From: an uncultured Ignavibacterium sp.
GTDB taxonomy: Bacteria; Bacteroidota; Ignavibacteria; Ch128b
Reading direction: 5' to 3'
Assembly (NCBI GenBank): GCA_964454895.1
Contig: CAYVTW010000007.1
Location: 12,338 to 76,337 of the forward strand
Length of the DNA stretch: 64,000 nucleotides
A model generated the notes under the pieces. That model was not told the origin of the DNA and did not search any database. It was given only the letters and a program-made list of their open reading frames with translations. The position numbers and the translations under genes were made by a program. Of this stretch, positions 10,970 to 19,968 are shown piece by piece. Each line of letters opens with the position of its first letter. Positions within the stretch are counted from its first letter, which is position 1.

Positions 10970-12247
10970 CTATAATCTGATTTCCCAATAAACTTGTTTT
11001 TTAAGTTGATCTATTAAATCTCTATAAACTTTTTGTCTTTTCTGAAATAGTGCTAGTTGAGAAATTCTTTCGTAATCTAAATTTAAATCTGGATAGTGCT
11101 CTGGAATCCTTTTCTCTAAATAAATTATTTGATATCCATACATATCTTTTGAAACGACGAGTTTTCGTGGTTTAGAAACTTCACCATCTTTCATTTTTGA
11201 AATTAAATTTCTTAAATCTGCATCGAGCTCCGCAACTGGAATTTTTCCCATTTCACCACCAAAGGGAGCAGTTGCTTTATCCTCAGAATAAATTCGAGCA
11301 TAATATCCGAATGAGTTTACTCCGCTCACAATACTATCCCGAATTGCATTCAGAAAGTTAATAATTTTTTGTTCACTTTCGGGACTTGTCTGAAGTTTTA
11401 AAAGTATGTGTCGAACTCTAACCGACTCCCCTCTTCTTTCAAGTAATTGAGCAATATGAAAACCAAATGGACTTTCAATTATATCAGATATTTCACCTTC
11501 TTTCATAGTAAATACAACTTCCTCGAATTCTTTAACTAGCAACCCTCTTCTAACAAATCCTAAGTCGCCACCGGCTTTTGCTGTATTTGCATCTTCGCTA
11601 TATCTTCTAGCATAATCTGCAAAGTCACCACCATTTTTAATTGAGTCAAGAATAGCACTGAGTTTATTTTTGAGAAATGTTTTATCAGAATCTGATAATT
11701 TAGCTTGAATAAAAATCTGTGATAATTTTACTTCCTCAGGAACTAGTCCAACACTATCTTTATACTGATTGTAGAATTGCTCAACTTCGTACCTGCTTAC
11801 CTCGAGACGACCAAATTTTGCATCTTGAACTTTCTGAACAAGCAGATTATTTCTAATCTCATCACGTAGCTCTCTTCTAATTTTTTCGAGTGGTCGATTG
11901 TATGCTTGTTCTAGCTTCTCTTTTGAACCAAATTGCTGAATAAAATTTTCAATTTGAAAATCAAGCTGGCGATTTACTTCATCTTCTGTAACTCTGATCG
12001 AATCAATCTCAGCTTGAGCTAACATCAACTTTTCTTCAATTAATGAATTTAGAACTGCTTTCTTAAGTGCAGGATCGTTAGGATTTAATTTTCTCTGGTA
12101 AGCAATTAATTGCGTTTGAAATTCAAGTTCACTGAGTAGAATGAATTGATTATCAACAACGGCAACAACTTTATCAATGACTTCCTGAGCGAAACCAATT
12201 GAGCAAAAAATTAAAGATCCCAAAATAAGTTTTTTGATTTTTATCAT
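10970..12247 (-). CDS. surA: Periplasmic chaperone / peptidyl-prolyl isomerase SurA (parvulin domain)
   Basis: Signal peptide plus a PpiC/parvulin block (GGDLGFVRRGLLVKEFEEVVF..FGFHIAQL). Confidence 0.8.
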   Translation of the reverse strand: MIKIKKLILGSLIFCSIGFAQEVIDKVVAVVDNQFILLSELEFQTQLIAYQRKLNPNDPALKKAVLNSLIEEKLMLAQAEIDSIRVTEDEVNRQLDFQIENFIQQFGSKEKLEQAYNRPLEKIRRELRDEIRNNLLVQKVQDAKFGRLEVSRYEVEQFYNQYKDSVGLVPEEVKLSQIFIQAKLSDSDKTFLKNKLSAILDSIKNGGDFADYARRYSEDANTAKAGGDLGFVRRGLLVKEFEEVVFTMKEGEISDIIESPFGFHIAQLLERRGESVRVRHILLKLQTSPESEQKIINFLNAIRDSIVSGVNSFGYYARIYSEDKATAPFGGEMGKIPVAELDADLRNLISKMKDGEVSKPRKLVVSKDMYGYQIIYLEKRIPEHYPDLNLDYERISQLALFQKRQKVYRDLIDQLKKQVYWEIRL

Positions 12248-13041
12248 TTGAATTCTCTTATTTTTATATCAGCTTCTTGTGCTAGTTTTGTTATTAAATC
12301 TTGATAGTATTTCCTTTGTCTCTCAAAAATAATTCTTTCTTCAATCAATTCTTTTACGAACTCGATTTTCGGTTCGTCTCCTTTATTATACTTGCTAACA
12401 AGTTGTGTAATCAGATATTCACCATTTCCAAGGTCAATTGGATATGTTATCTCACCTGGCACCATTGTTTGGATAACGTTCGCAAGCTCAAAAGGCATTT
12501 CATCAAACTCTTTTAAGTAAACGCTGTAAGCCTCACCAAGAATTTCTTCTGGTTTAAATGCAACTCTTACCGACTTAGAAAAATCAAGCTTTGCAAGGGT
12601 TGTATTTCTCAATTCAATTGCTTTTGAAAGATTTTTTGTAATTAATTGATTGACCTTGTACACATCATAAGTCAACACAAATTCACTTCTATGCTTATTA
12701 AAATAATCTTCAAGTTCTTCTTTCGAGACAACCGTATTCACTTCTTTTAATTTTTCTTTTAGGTAATTAGAAGCGAGAAGTCTTCGAGTATTGAAATCAC
12801 TTCTTACTGCAAATTCATCCTTTGCTTCAAAACCTTCTGAAAGTGCAGCTTGAGTTAATAATTCCATCTCAACCCAGTTCTGAATTATTTGGTCAAGACT
12901 TTCCTCACTCAGATAAACAGAATCAATAAGAAAACCAACAGTTCTTTTGGTTAACATTCTATCGTTGACAACCGCAAGATAATCTTCGGGAAGATTTTCT
13001 TCAGAACAACTGGAGAAAAGAATTGCATAAACTAAAAACAA
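12244..13041 (-). CDS. SurA-N-like periplasmic chaperone-domain protein, likely a lipoprotein (..LFSSC lipobox). The start is uncertain.
   Basis: The ORF track opens at 13227, but that overlaps the upstream gene by 118 nt. The region just below 13108 encodes RRIHWETLFLVYAILFSSCSEE, which looks like a lipobox. The nearest in-frame start below the upstream stop is TTG at 13041. Confidence 0.55.
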   Translation of the reverse strand: MFLVYAILFSSCSEENLPEDYLAVVNDRMLTKRTVGFLIDSVYLSEESLDQIIQNWVEMELLTQAALSEGFEAKDEFAVRSDFNTRRLLASNYLKEKLKEVNTVVSKEELEDYFNKHRSEFVLTYDVYKVNQLITKNLSKAIELRNTTLAKLDFSKSVRVAFKPEEILGEAYSVYLKEFDEMPFELANVIQTMVPGEITYPIDLGNGEYLITQLVSKYNKGDEPKIEFVKELIEERIIFERQRKYYQDLITKLAQEADIKIREFK

Positions 13042-13108
13042 GGTCTCCCAATGGATTCTTCGAAGTATAGAATCTTTAAATCGAAGGATCCATTGGGAAT
13101 TAAAAATA

Positions 13109-15100
13109 TTAGTCAACAAAAGCCTTGCTAAGTTTATCGTAATAAATACGTGGTTTGTAAGTTGCCTTAAGAAATTCGAGATAATCATTTTCCAATCGTT
13201 TCGATTCAATTTCTTGCACTGCACCACTTACTTCTGGTAATGCTTCTTCAAATGTTTTCAAATCAGATGGATGTTTCTTAATTAATTTTACAATCGAATA
13301 ACCATTAGAGTTCTTGAATGGTTCAGAAAATCCTCCTTCCTTTAATTGATCAGCTTTTTGTGATAGAATATTATCAAGGACCGGTTTAATTCCATGATAA
13401 CCATACTTCTCTTTGAAACCAGGTCGTTCTGTGTACTTTACAGCAAGTGAGTCAAATTCTTCGCCAGTTTTTAAGAGTTTGTAAATTTCATTAGCTAACG
13501 AATCCGATACTACAAAAATTTCGGCATATTCAACTCTATCAGGCCACTTAAATTTTTCTTTATTCTTCTCCCAATATTCTCTGAGTTTATTTTCGTCAAT
13601 TTGAATTTTATTCCATACTTCTTCTTCTTGAAGCTTGAAGATTAAAATGCCATTTTTATACTCTTCCATCAATTCAGCAAACTGTGGGTATTTCGCTGGT
13701 AAATACTCAACTGCTTCTGCAAGCAATAAATCTTCTGAAATCCTAGAGACGACATTATCGAGAGTAGATTTATTAATTCTTCGATTACTAAATTCAGGCA
13801 TTTGTTCAGCTCTTGAAATCAAGGTGTCTAATGAAATGCCTTTAGATGCATATGTTATAATTATAGAGTCACCAAACTCTGGTTTAAGATGACTGACCCA
13901 ATATTGCCCACCAATTTGAATTGTATCAGCCTTTGCAGCTATCTCATCAATTAATGTGTAATTGACTTTGTAATTGAAAGCTCGCTTTAAAGAGTCGATA
14001 TATTTTTGTTTATCTTCGTTGTATTTGATTCGTTGGTAAATTGTTTTTAAAATATCTTTCTCTTCTTCAAATGAACGAGTTTCTTTTTTATCAGTGACTT
14101 TAATCAAGTGATAACCGAATTGAGTTTTTACGATATCTGAAACCTGTCCAACTTTAAGATTAAAAGCAGCTTCGTCAAAAGGTTGAACCATCATTCTTCT
14201 TGAGAAAAATCCTAAGTCACCACCAAGATCTTTGGTTCCGATATCATCAGAAAATTCTTTAGCTAGTTCAGCAAAATCTTCACCAAGCAAAACTTTCTCT
14301 CTAATTGTTGTAATTTTTTCGAGAGCTTTAGCAGTATCTTCTGATGTAAATCCTGGTTTTAATTCCACAAGAATATGACTTGCACGAATTTCTGGAATTC
14401 TTGGTCTACGATCTGTGACTTTAATCAAGTGATAACCAAATTGAGTTCTAACTGGTTCTGGATAAACTTCACCAGTTTGAAGTTTATAGCAAGCTTCTTC
14501 AAATGAAGGAATTATATCACCTGCTGTGATGTAAAAGATATCTCCACCATAAGGTGCAGAATAATAATCTTGACTATGAGCTTTAGCCATTTCTTCAAAT
14601 GATGCTCCATTTTTAATTGAGTCTAGGATAGCAAGAGCACGAACATAAGCTCCTTCAAAACCTGCGGTATCTGGCCTGAACATTATATGACTAACTCTCA
14701 GCTCTTCTTTTCTCTTTTCATAAAGCATTTTGATATTTGGTTCAACTATTTCTTTTTCGAGTAAATATGTAACTCCGATTTTTTGTTTGTAGTCGTTGTA
14801 TTCGGCAACTACTTCGGGAAGTTTATCGAGTTCTCTTCTTCTTGCATCATGTACTTTCATCTTGAAATTCACATAAAGATCAAGGAAGTTCTTTTTCTTT
14901 GATATGGAGTCTCTTTTTGCAACTTCATATCCACCATTATTCTTAGCATAAACTTTTTCAAATTCCTCAATTGTAATCTTGTTTTTATCAAATTCAGCAA
15001 TCACGACTTCCTTTTTTGATGTTGCACAACTTGCTAAAAAAATAACTGACAAAACTAAAATTGAGATGCCATTTAACAACTTTATTTTCATTCTGTACAT
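13109..15100 (-). CDS. PpiD/PrsA-like peptidyl-prolyl isomerase lipoprotein with two parvulin domains (663 aa)
   Basis: Lipobox LASC. Two PpiC blocks (GGDIFYITAGD..FGYHLIKVTDR and GGDLGFFSRRMM..FGYHLIKVTDK). Confidence 0.8.
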   Translation of the reverse strand: MYRMKIKLLNGISILVLSVIFLASCATSKKEVVIAEFDKNKITIEEFEKVYAKNNGGYEVAKRDSISKKKNFLDLYVNFKMKVHDARRRELDKLPEVVAEYNDYKQKIGVTYLLEKEIVEPNIKMLYEKRKEELRVSHIMFRPDTAGFEGAYVRALAILDSIKNGASFEEMAKAHSQDYYSAPYGGDIFYITAGDIIPSFEEACYKLQTGEVYPEPVRTQFGYHLIKVTDRRPRIPEIRASHILVELKPGFTSEDTAKALEKITTIREKVLLGEDFAELAKEFSDDIGTKDLGGDLGFFSRRMMVQPFDEAAFNLKVGQVSDIVKTQFGYHLIKVTDKKETRSFEEEKDILKTIYQRIKYNEDKQKYIDSLKRAFNYKVNYTLIDEIAAKADTIQIGGQYWVSHLKPEFGDSIIITYASKGISLDTLISRAEQMPEFSNRRINKSTLDNVVSRISEDLLLAEAVEYLPAKYPQFAELMEEYKNGILIFKLQEEEVWNKIQIDENKLREYWEKNKEKFKWPDRVEYAEIFVVSDSLANEIYKLLKTGEEFDSLAVKYTERPGFKEKYGYHGIKPVLDNILSQKADQLKEGGFSEPFKNSNGYSIVKLIKKHPSDLKTFEEALPEVSGAVQEIESKRLENDYLEFLKATYKPRIYYDKLSKAFVD

Positions 15101-15122
15101 TTTTCCTCCGATTTGGTTGACC

Positions 15123-17183
15123 CTATCTTAGTAATGACCCTAATGGAAGATTATCGTCAACTGTTATTAGTTTAAGATTTTTATTCTGGTCTTCAACTGC
15201 CAGAATCATTCCTTGTGATATTTCGTTCATTAATTTAGCTTCTTTAAGGTTTGAAACAATTAAAACTTTTTTCCCAATTACATCTTCTGGTTTATAAAAT
15301 TCAGCAATACCAGCGATTACTTGTCTTTGTTCGAAACCAAGATCGACTTTTAGTTTTAGAAGTTTTTTTGATTTTGGAACAGGTTCACATTCAAGAATTT
15401 TTGCGACTCGAATTTCAATTTTTTTGAATTCATCAATATCAATTTTGTTTTGATTTGTTTCAGATTTTGGTTGCTCAGTTTTTTCTTGACTTTTCAAGTA
15501 TGGCTCTATCATTTTATCATCAATCTTTGCGAAGATGATTTCAGGTTGATTGATTTTATGTCCAGCTTCTAATTTTGTTTCATCACAACCATACCATTTC
15601 TTTAAATTTTCATCTTTAATCTTTAGCATGTTGAAAATCTTTTCGCTTGTAAATGGAATAACTGGAGATAACATAACAGCAAGCGTTCTGATCAATTGAA
15701 GTGAAAGATTAATTGTTGTTGAACAAGCTTCATAATCCTCTTTTACTGTTTTCCATGGCTGACTATCATTAAAATATTTATTTGCAAGCCGAGCCAGATT
15801 CATTGTTTCAGTCAATGCATCTTTGATTTTGATTTTTTCGTATAGCTCTTCGACTTTCTTTTTGAACACAGGAATTTGATTAAGAAGCTCTTGGTCAATC
15901 TCTCTCAATTTTTTGATTTCCGGAACTTGAGAATTAAAATGTTTTACCGTGAAGGTCAAGGTACGATTAACAAAATTTCCAAAGATATCTGCAAGTTCGT
16001 TATTATTTTTGGCTTGAAAATCTCTCCAATAAAAATCCGTATCTCTGTTTTCTGGAAGAATTGATGCTAAGTAGTATCTCAAAGGATCAGGCGGAAAATG
16101 TTCTAAAAAATCTTTCAAATCAATGCCCCAACCTCTACTTTTGGAGAATTTCAAACCTTCATAATTCAAAAATTCATTCGCCGGAACATTATCTGGCAAA
16201 ATATATTTTTCATCACTTAAATCGTTCCATGCCATTAACATTGCAGGAAAAACAATACAATGGAATACTATATTATCTTTACCGATGAATGCAATGTATT
16301 TTGTATCAGAATTTTGCCAAAATTTTTTCCATTCATCAGGTTTGCCCTGTTTTTCTGCCCACTCTTTAGTAGATGAAATATAACCTAAAACTGCTTCAAA
16401 CCAAACATATAAAACTTTGTTTTCGAAACCCTCAACCGGAACCTTAACTCCCCAATCTAAATCACGAGTAACAGCTCTATCTTGTAATCCTTCCTGAAAC
16501 CACGCTTTACAATAATTCAAAACATTTTCTTTCCAACCCTCTTGAGCATCTTTCTCTGAAATATATTTTTCAAGCCGCTCTTGATAATCACCAAGTGGGA
16601 AATAGAAATGACTAGTCTCTTTAAGAACTGGTGTCTCACCAGTGATTTTGCTTTTGGGATTAATTAAATCGGTAGGATTTAGATAACTTCCGCAACTTTC
16701 ACATTGATCACCACGAGCATCTTCGCTTTTACAATGTGGACAGGTACCAACTAGGTAACGGTCGGGCAAAAACATTCTGGCTTTTTCATCATAATACTGT
16801 AGTTCTTTTTTCTGTTTAAGAATTCCATTGTGATAATACTTTAGGAAAAATTGTTGAGCAGTGTTATGATGGAGCGATAAAGATGTTCTTGAATAGTTAT
16901 CGAAACTCATTCCAAAATCTTCGAAAGCTTTGCGGTTCATTTCGTGATATCTATCTATAATTACTTTTGGAGCAACTCCTTCTTTCTCTGCAGTAATAGT
17001 AATTGGAACACCATGTTCATCTGAACCGCAAATAAAAAGGATATCGTCCCCTTTTAATCGTTTGAATCGTACAAAAATATCAGCTGGTAAGTAAGCGCCA
17101 GCTAAATGTCCTAAATGAATTGGACCATTTGCGTAGGGTAAAGCTGCTGTGACTAAAGTGCGAGTGAATGTTCGTTTATCCAT
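15123..17183 (-). CDS. metG: Methionyl-tRNA synthetase with C-terminal tRNA-binding (EMAP/Trbp111-like) domain
   Basis: HIGH motif (PIHLGHL), KMSKS motif (KFSKSRG), and zinc knuckles CPHC..CESC. Confidence 0.95.
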   Translation of the reverse strand: MDKRTFTRTLVTAALPYANGPIHLGHLAGAYLPADIFVRFKRLKGDDILFICGSDEHGVPITITAEKEGVAPKVIIDRYHEMNRKAFEDFGMSFDNYSRTSLSLHHNTAQQFFLKYYHNGILKQKKELQYYDEKARMFLPDRYLVGTCPHCKSEDARGDQCESCGSYLNPTDLINPKSKITGETPVLKETSHFYFPLGDYQERLEKYISEKDAQEGWKENVLNYCKAWFQEGLQDRAVTRDLDWGVKVPVEGFENKVLYVWFEAVLGYISSTKEWAEKQGKPDEWKKFWQNSDTKYIAFIGKDNIVFHCIVFPAMLMAWNDLSDEKYILPDNVPANEFLNYEGLKFSKSRGWGIDLKDFLEHFPPDPLRYYLASILPENRDTDFYWRDFQAKNNNELADIFGNFVNRTLTFTVKHFNSQVPEIKKLREIDQELLNQIPVFKKKVEELYEKIKIKDALTETMNLARLANKYFNDSQPWKTVKEDYEACSTTINLSLQLIRTLAVMLSPVIPFTSEKIFNMLKIKDENLKKWYGCDETKLEAGHKINQPEIIFAKIDDKMIEPYLKSQEKTEQPKSETNQNKIDIDEFKKIEIRVAKILECEPVPKSKKLLKLKVDLGFEQRQVIAGIAEFYKPEDVIGKKVLIVSNLKEAKLMNEISQGMILAVEDQNKNLKLITVDDNLPLGSLLR

Positions 17184-17337
17184 CCAAAATTTTTAACAAA
17201 TTTAAGTTTTGAGTTAGAATTTTTAAAACAAGCTAAAATTAGGTTTTTTCATTAATAAAAATACTATGTTAATTCACTACGAAACACACTAAAAATGTAA
17301 CTAATTCTGAGTAACTTTTTGATTTCGATTAAAGAAT

Positions 17338-17377
17338 ATTAAAATTTGAAGTGAGAATTATCTGCTTACATTCTCAC
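17338..17377 (-). terminator. Putative rho-independent terminator overlapping the stop codon of the AI-2E transporter gene
   Basis: 8-bp stem gtgagaat/attctcac (17351-17358 / 17370-17377) with an 11-nt loop. A modest U-rich tract follows on minus. Confidence 0.4.
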
Positions 17378-18430
17378 TATTTGATAGGCTTTGTATCCTC
17401 TGTAAATCTCTGTAGCCATTACACGAATAATATTTGCAATAGGAACCGCGAGAAGCAAACCGAGTAACCCAAATAATTCACTACCAATTAAGATTAAAAG
17501 AATGATAACAACTGGATGGATCTTTAATGATTTTGCATAAATCATTGGTTGAACAAATCCATTATCAATTGTATAAACTATTGCAAATAAAATTACAATT
17601 GGAAGTGCTAGCGAAAAATTTCCCATCTGATAATATGAAACAAGTATTGATGGGACCACACCAATGAACGGACCAAGATACGGAATTAAATGCCCAACTC
17701 CAGCGAGTAATCCAAGCATTACGAAATTATTTATACCGAGTAAATACAAACCAATCATTATACAAACTCCTAGAAACATTGCATCGAAAATCCAACCACG
17801 AACAAATTTTCCAAGCTCAATGGATACTTTTTGTAACACTTCATATGCCATTTCAAAGTATCTGTTTGGAAGAATATTAATCAATCCTAGTTTGAGATTT
17901 CTCGAGTCTTTTAAGATGAAAAATGTTATAAATGGGACAATTATTGTAAATGCAGCAAAAGTGAAAACTTTAGGAATAAAATTGGAAATATCTGTGAGAA
18001 AATTTTCAACCCCAGTCTGAACTATTTTTGATAATTGTCTTGAGATATCTCCCCTCTTGATGAATGGAAATGTATTAGCAATCTTTCTTTCTAATTGTGA
18101 AATTAAATCTTGAATCCTTAAATCTCTAAAAAGAATAAGAAGGTTATCGAATTGAGCCGAAATAATGGGCACAAAGTAGTAAATCAAGAAACCTATAAAA
18201 CCGACAGCAAAAATCACAGTGAGTAAAGCAGCAGAAGCCCGAGGAATCTTCAGCAACTCAAGATACTGGACAATTGGTTTAAGAATGAATGCGAGCAAAA
18301 CAGAAATTGCAATTAAAACTATAATATTAATAAGCTCTAAAATAAAATATGTAATGAGAGCAATTGTAACAAAAGGAAGTATAATTCTAAGAATTTTTTT
18401 TGTTATTGCTTCTTTGAACATTTGAGTCAA
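17366..18430 (-). CDS. AI-2E family (PerM/YdiK-like) transporter
   Basis: 354 aa polytopic membrane protein with typical AI-2E length and hydropathy. Confidence 0.8.
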   Translation of the reverse strand: MTQMFKEAITKKILRIILPFVTIALITYFILELINIIVLIAISVLLAFILKPIVQYLELLKIPRASAALLTVIFAVGFIGFLIYYFVPIISAQFDNLLILFRDLRIQDLISQLERKIANTFPFIKRGDISRQLSKIVQTGVENFLTDISNFIPKVFTFAAFTIIVPFITFFILKDSRNLKLGLINILPNRYFEMAYEVLQKVSIELGKFVRGWIFDAMFLGVCIMIGLYLLGINNFVMLGLLAGVGHLIPYLGPFIGVVPSILVSYYQMGNFSLALPIVILFAIVYTIDNGFVQPMIYAKSLKIHPVVIILLILIGSELFGLLGLLLAVPIANIIRVMATEIYRGYKAYQIVRM

Positions 18431-18435
18431 AATTT

Positions 18436-18672
18436 TTAATCGTAAACTGCTTCGACTCTTCTGATCTCTGGGATGACTCTCATCAATGCTCGTTCAATTC
18501 CTGCGCGCAATGTCATTTGAGACATTGGACAGGTTCCACAAGCTCCAGTTAATCTCAGCTCAACAATTCCATCTTTTGTAACTTGAACAAGTTCAACATC
18601 TCCACCATCAGCTTGGAGATAAGGTCTGACCATTTGTAAAGCTTCTCTAACTCTATTTTCTAAATCTTCCAT
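18436..18672 (-). CDS. NifU-like (Nfu C-terminal domain) Fe-S cluster protein
   Basis: 78 aa containing CGTCP (..LTGACGTCPMSQMTL..). Confidence 0.8.
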   Translation of the reverse strand: MEDLENRVREALQMVRPYLQADGGDVELVQVTKDGIVELRLTGACGTCPMSQMTLRAGIERALMRVIPEIRRVEAVYD

Positions 18673-18680
18673 AATTAGTC

Positions 18681-19781
18681 CTATGAATTTAAGATTTCAA
18701 TTTTTGGAATTATTGGTGCATTGATATTTCTAATACTTATTTGTGCGGCCATATTTCTTGCTATTTCCATAATTTTCTTGGATTCTTCACAGTCGGGATC
18801 GGCTACAACAATTGGTTTACCAGTATCACCGCCTTCTCTAATTAACGGATTGATCGGAATCTCACCAAGAAAAGGAATTCCCATCTCTTCGGCTGCTTTT
18901 TTACCACCACCGCATCCAAAAATTTCATATCGTTTGCCGGTATCTGGAGCAATGAAGTAACTCATATTTTCTACCAAACCAAGAACAGTGACATTAACTC
19001 GTTGAAACATTCTCAAAGCTTTTCTTGCATCGATAAGAGCAACATCTTGAGGTGTTGTGACAATTACCGCACCAGTCAGAGGAATTGTTTGAACAAGTGT
19101 AAGTTGAATATCGCCAGTTCCGGGAGGTAAATCAAAAATTAAATAATCAAGTTCACCCCAGATTACATCGCTCATAAATTGTTTAATTGCACCACTTGCC
19201 ATTGGTCCACGCCAGATTACGGGAGTATTATCATCAATTAAAAATCCAATAGACATTAATTTAACATCAAATTTATTAATAGGAATCAATTTAACATTAT
19301 TAGGATTATCACCAACCATTTTTGGTTGTTCATTTACACCAAGCATTAGCGGTATGCTTGGCCCATAAATATCAGCATCTATCAAACCAACGCTTGCACC
19401 ATCTTTAGCAAGTGCAACAGCGAGATTCACAGCAACTGTTGATTTTCCAACTCCACCTTTTCCGCTAGCAACTGCAATGGTGTTTTTTACTCCAGGTAAA
19501 AGCTTTTCCTTAATTTCATTGATATGTGAAATAACGCTCGCTCCCATTTCAACATTGATTGAAAATTCGTTGCCAACAAGCTTTCGAATTTCTTCAACAC
19601 AATTTTTTTTAATGTGATCTTTGAGTGGGCAGGCGGGCGTAGTTAGATTTACCTTAACATAAATATTTTTATCATCAATCCTGATTTCTTTTACCATGTT
19701 AAGGCTAACTATATCTCTTCTCAAATCAGGGTCTTGAACATTGCTTAAAGCTTTTAGTACTAAATTATTATCAACTTTCAT
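18681..19781 (-). CDS. mrp: Mrp/ApbC/NBP35 Fe-S cluster carrier ATPase with N-terminal DUF59
   Basis: Deviant Walker A (ASGKGGVGKST) and CxxC (GCGG..). DUF59-like N-terminus. Confidence 0.9.
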   Translation of the reverse strand: MKVDNNLVLKALSNVQDPDLRRDIVSLNMVKEIRIDDKNIYVKVNLTTPACPLKDHIKKNCVEEIRKLVGNEFSINVEMGASVISHINEIKEKLLPGVKNTIAVASGKGGVGKSTVAVNLAVALAKDGASVGLIDADIYGPSIPLMLGVNEQPKMVGDNPNNVKLIPINKFDVKLMSIGFLIDDNTPVIWRGPMASGAIKQFMSDVIWGELDYLIFDLPPGTGDIQLTLVQTIPLTGAVIVTTPQDVALIDARKALRMFQRVNVTVLGLVENMSYFIAPDTGKRYEIFGCGGGKKAAEEMGIPFLGEIPINPLIREGGDTGKPIVVADPDCEESKKIMEIARNMAAQISIRNINAPIIPKIEILNS

Positions 19782-19968
19782 CTTTTAACCTTTAAAATTC
19801 TTCTACACTTTAGTCGCAAATTATGAAAAAATGAAGTGAAAGTAATAAACCAGGTTTTTACACTGGGATCATTAAAATTTCTACCAAAAATTTTATTTAA
19901 ATATCAAGCAATGTTCTACAAAATTTTAGGCGGGTTATTTTATCTTATTAGACATTCATGATGAAATA

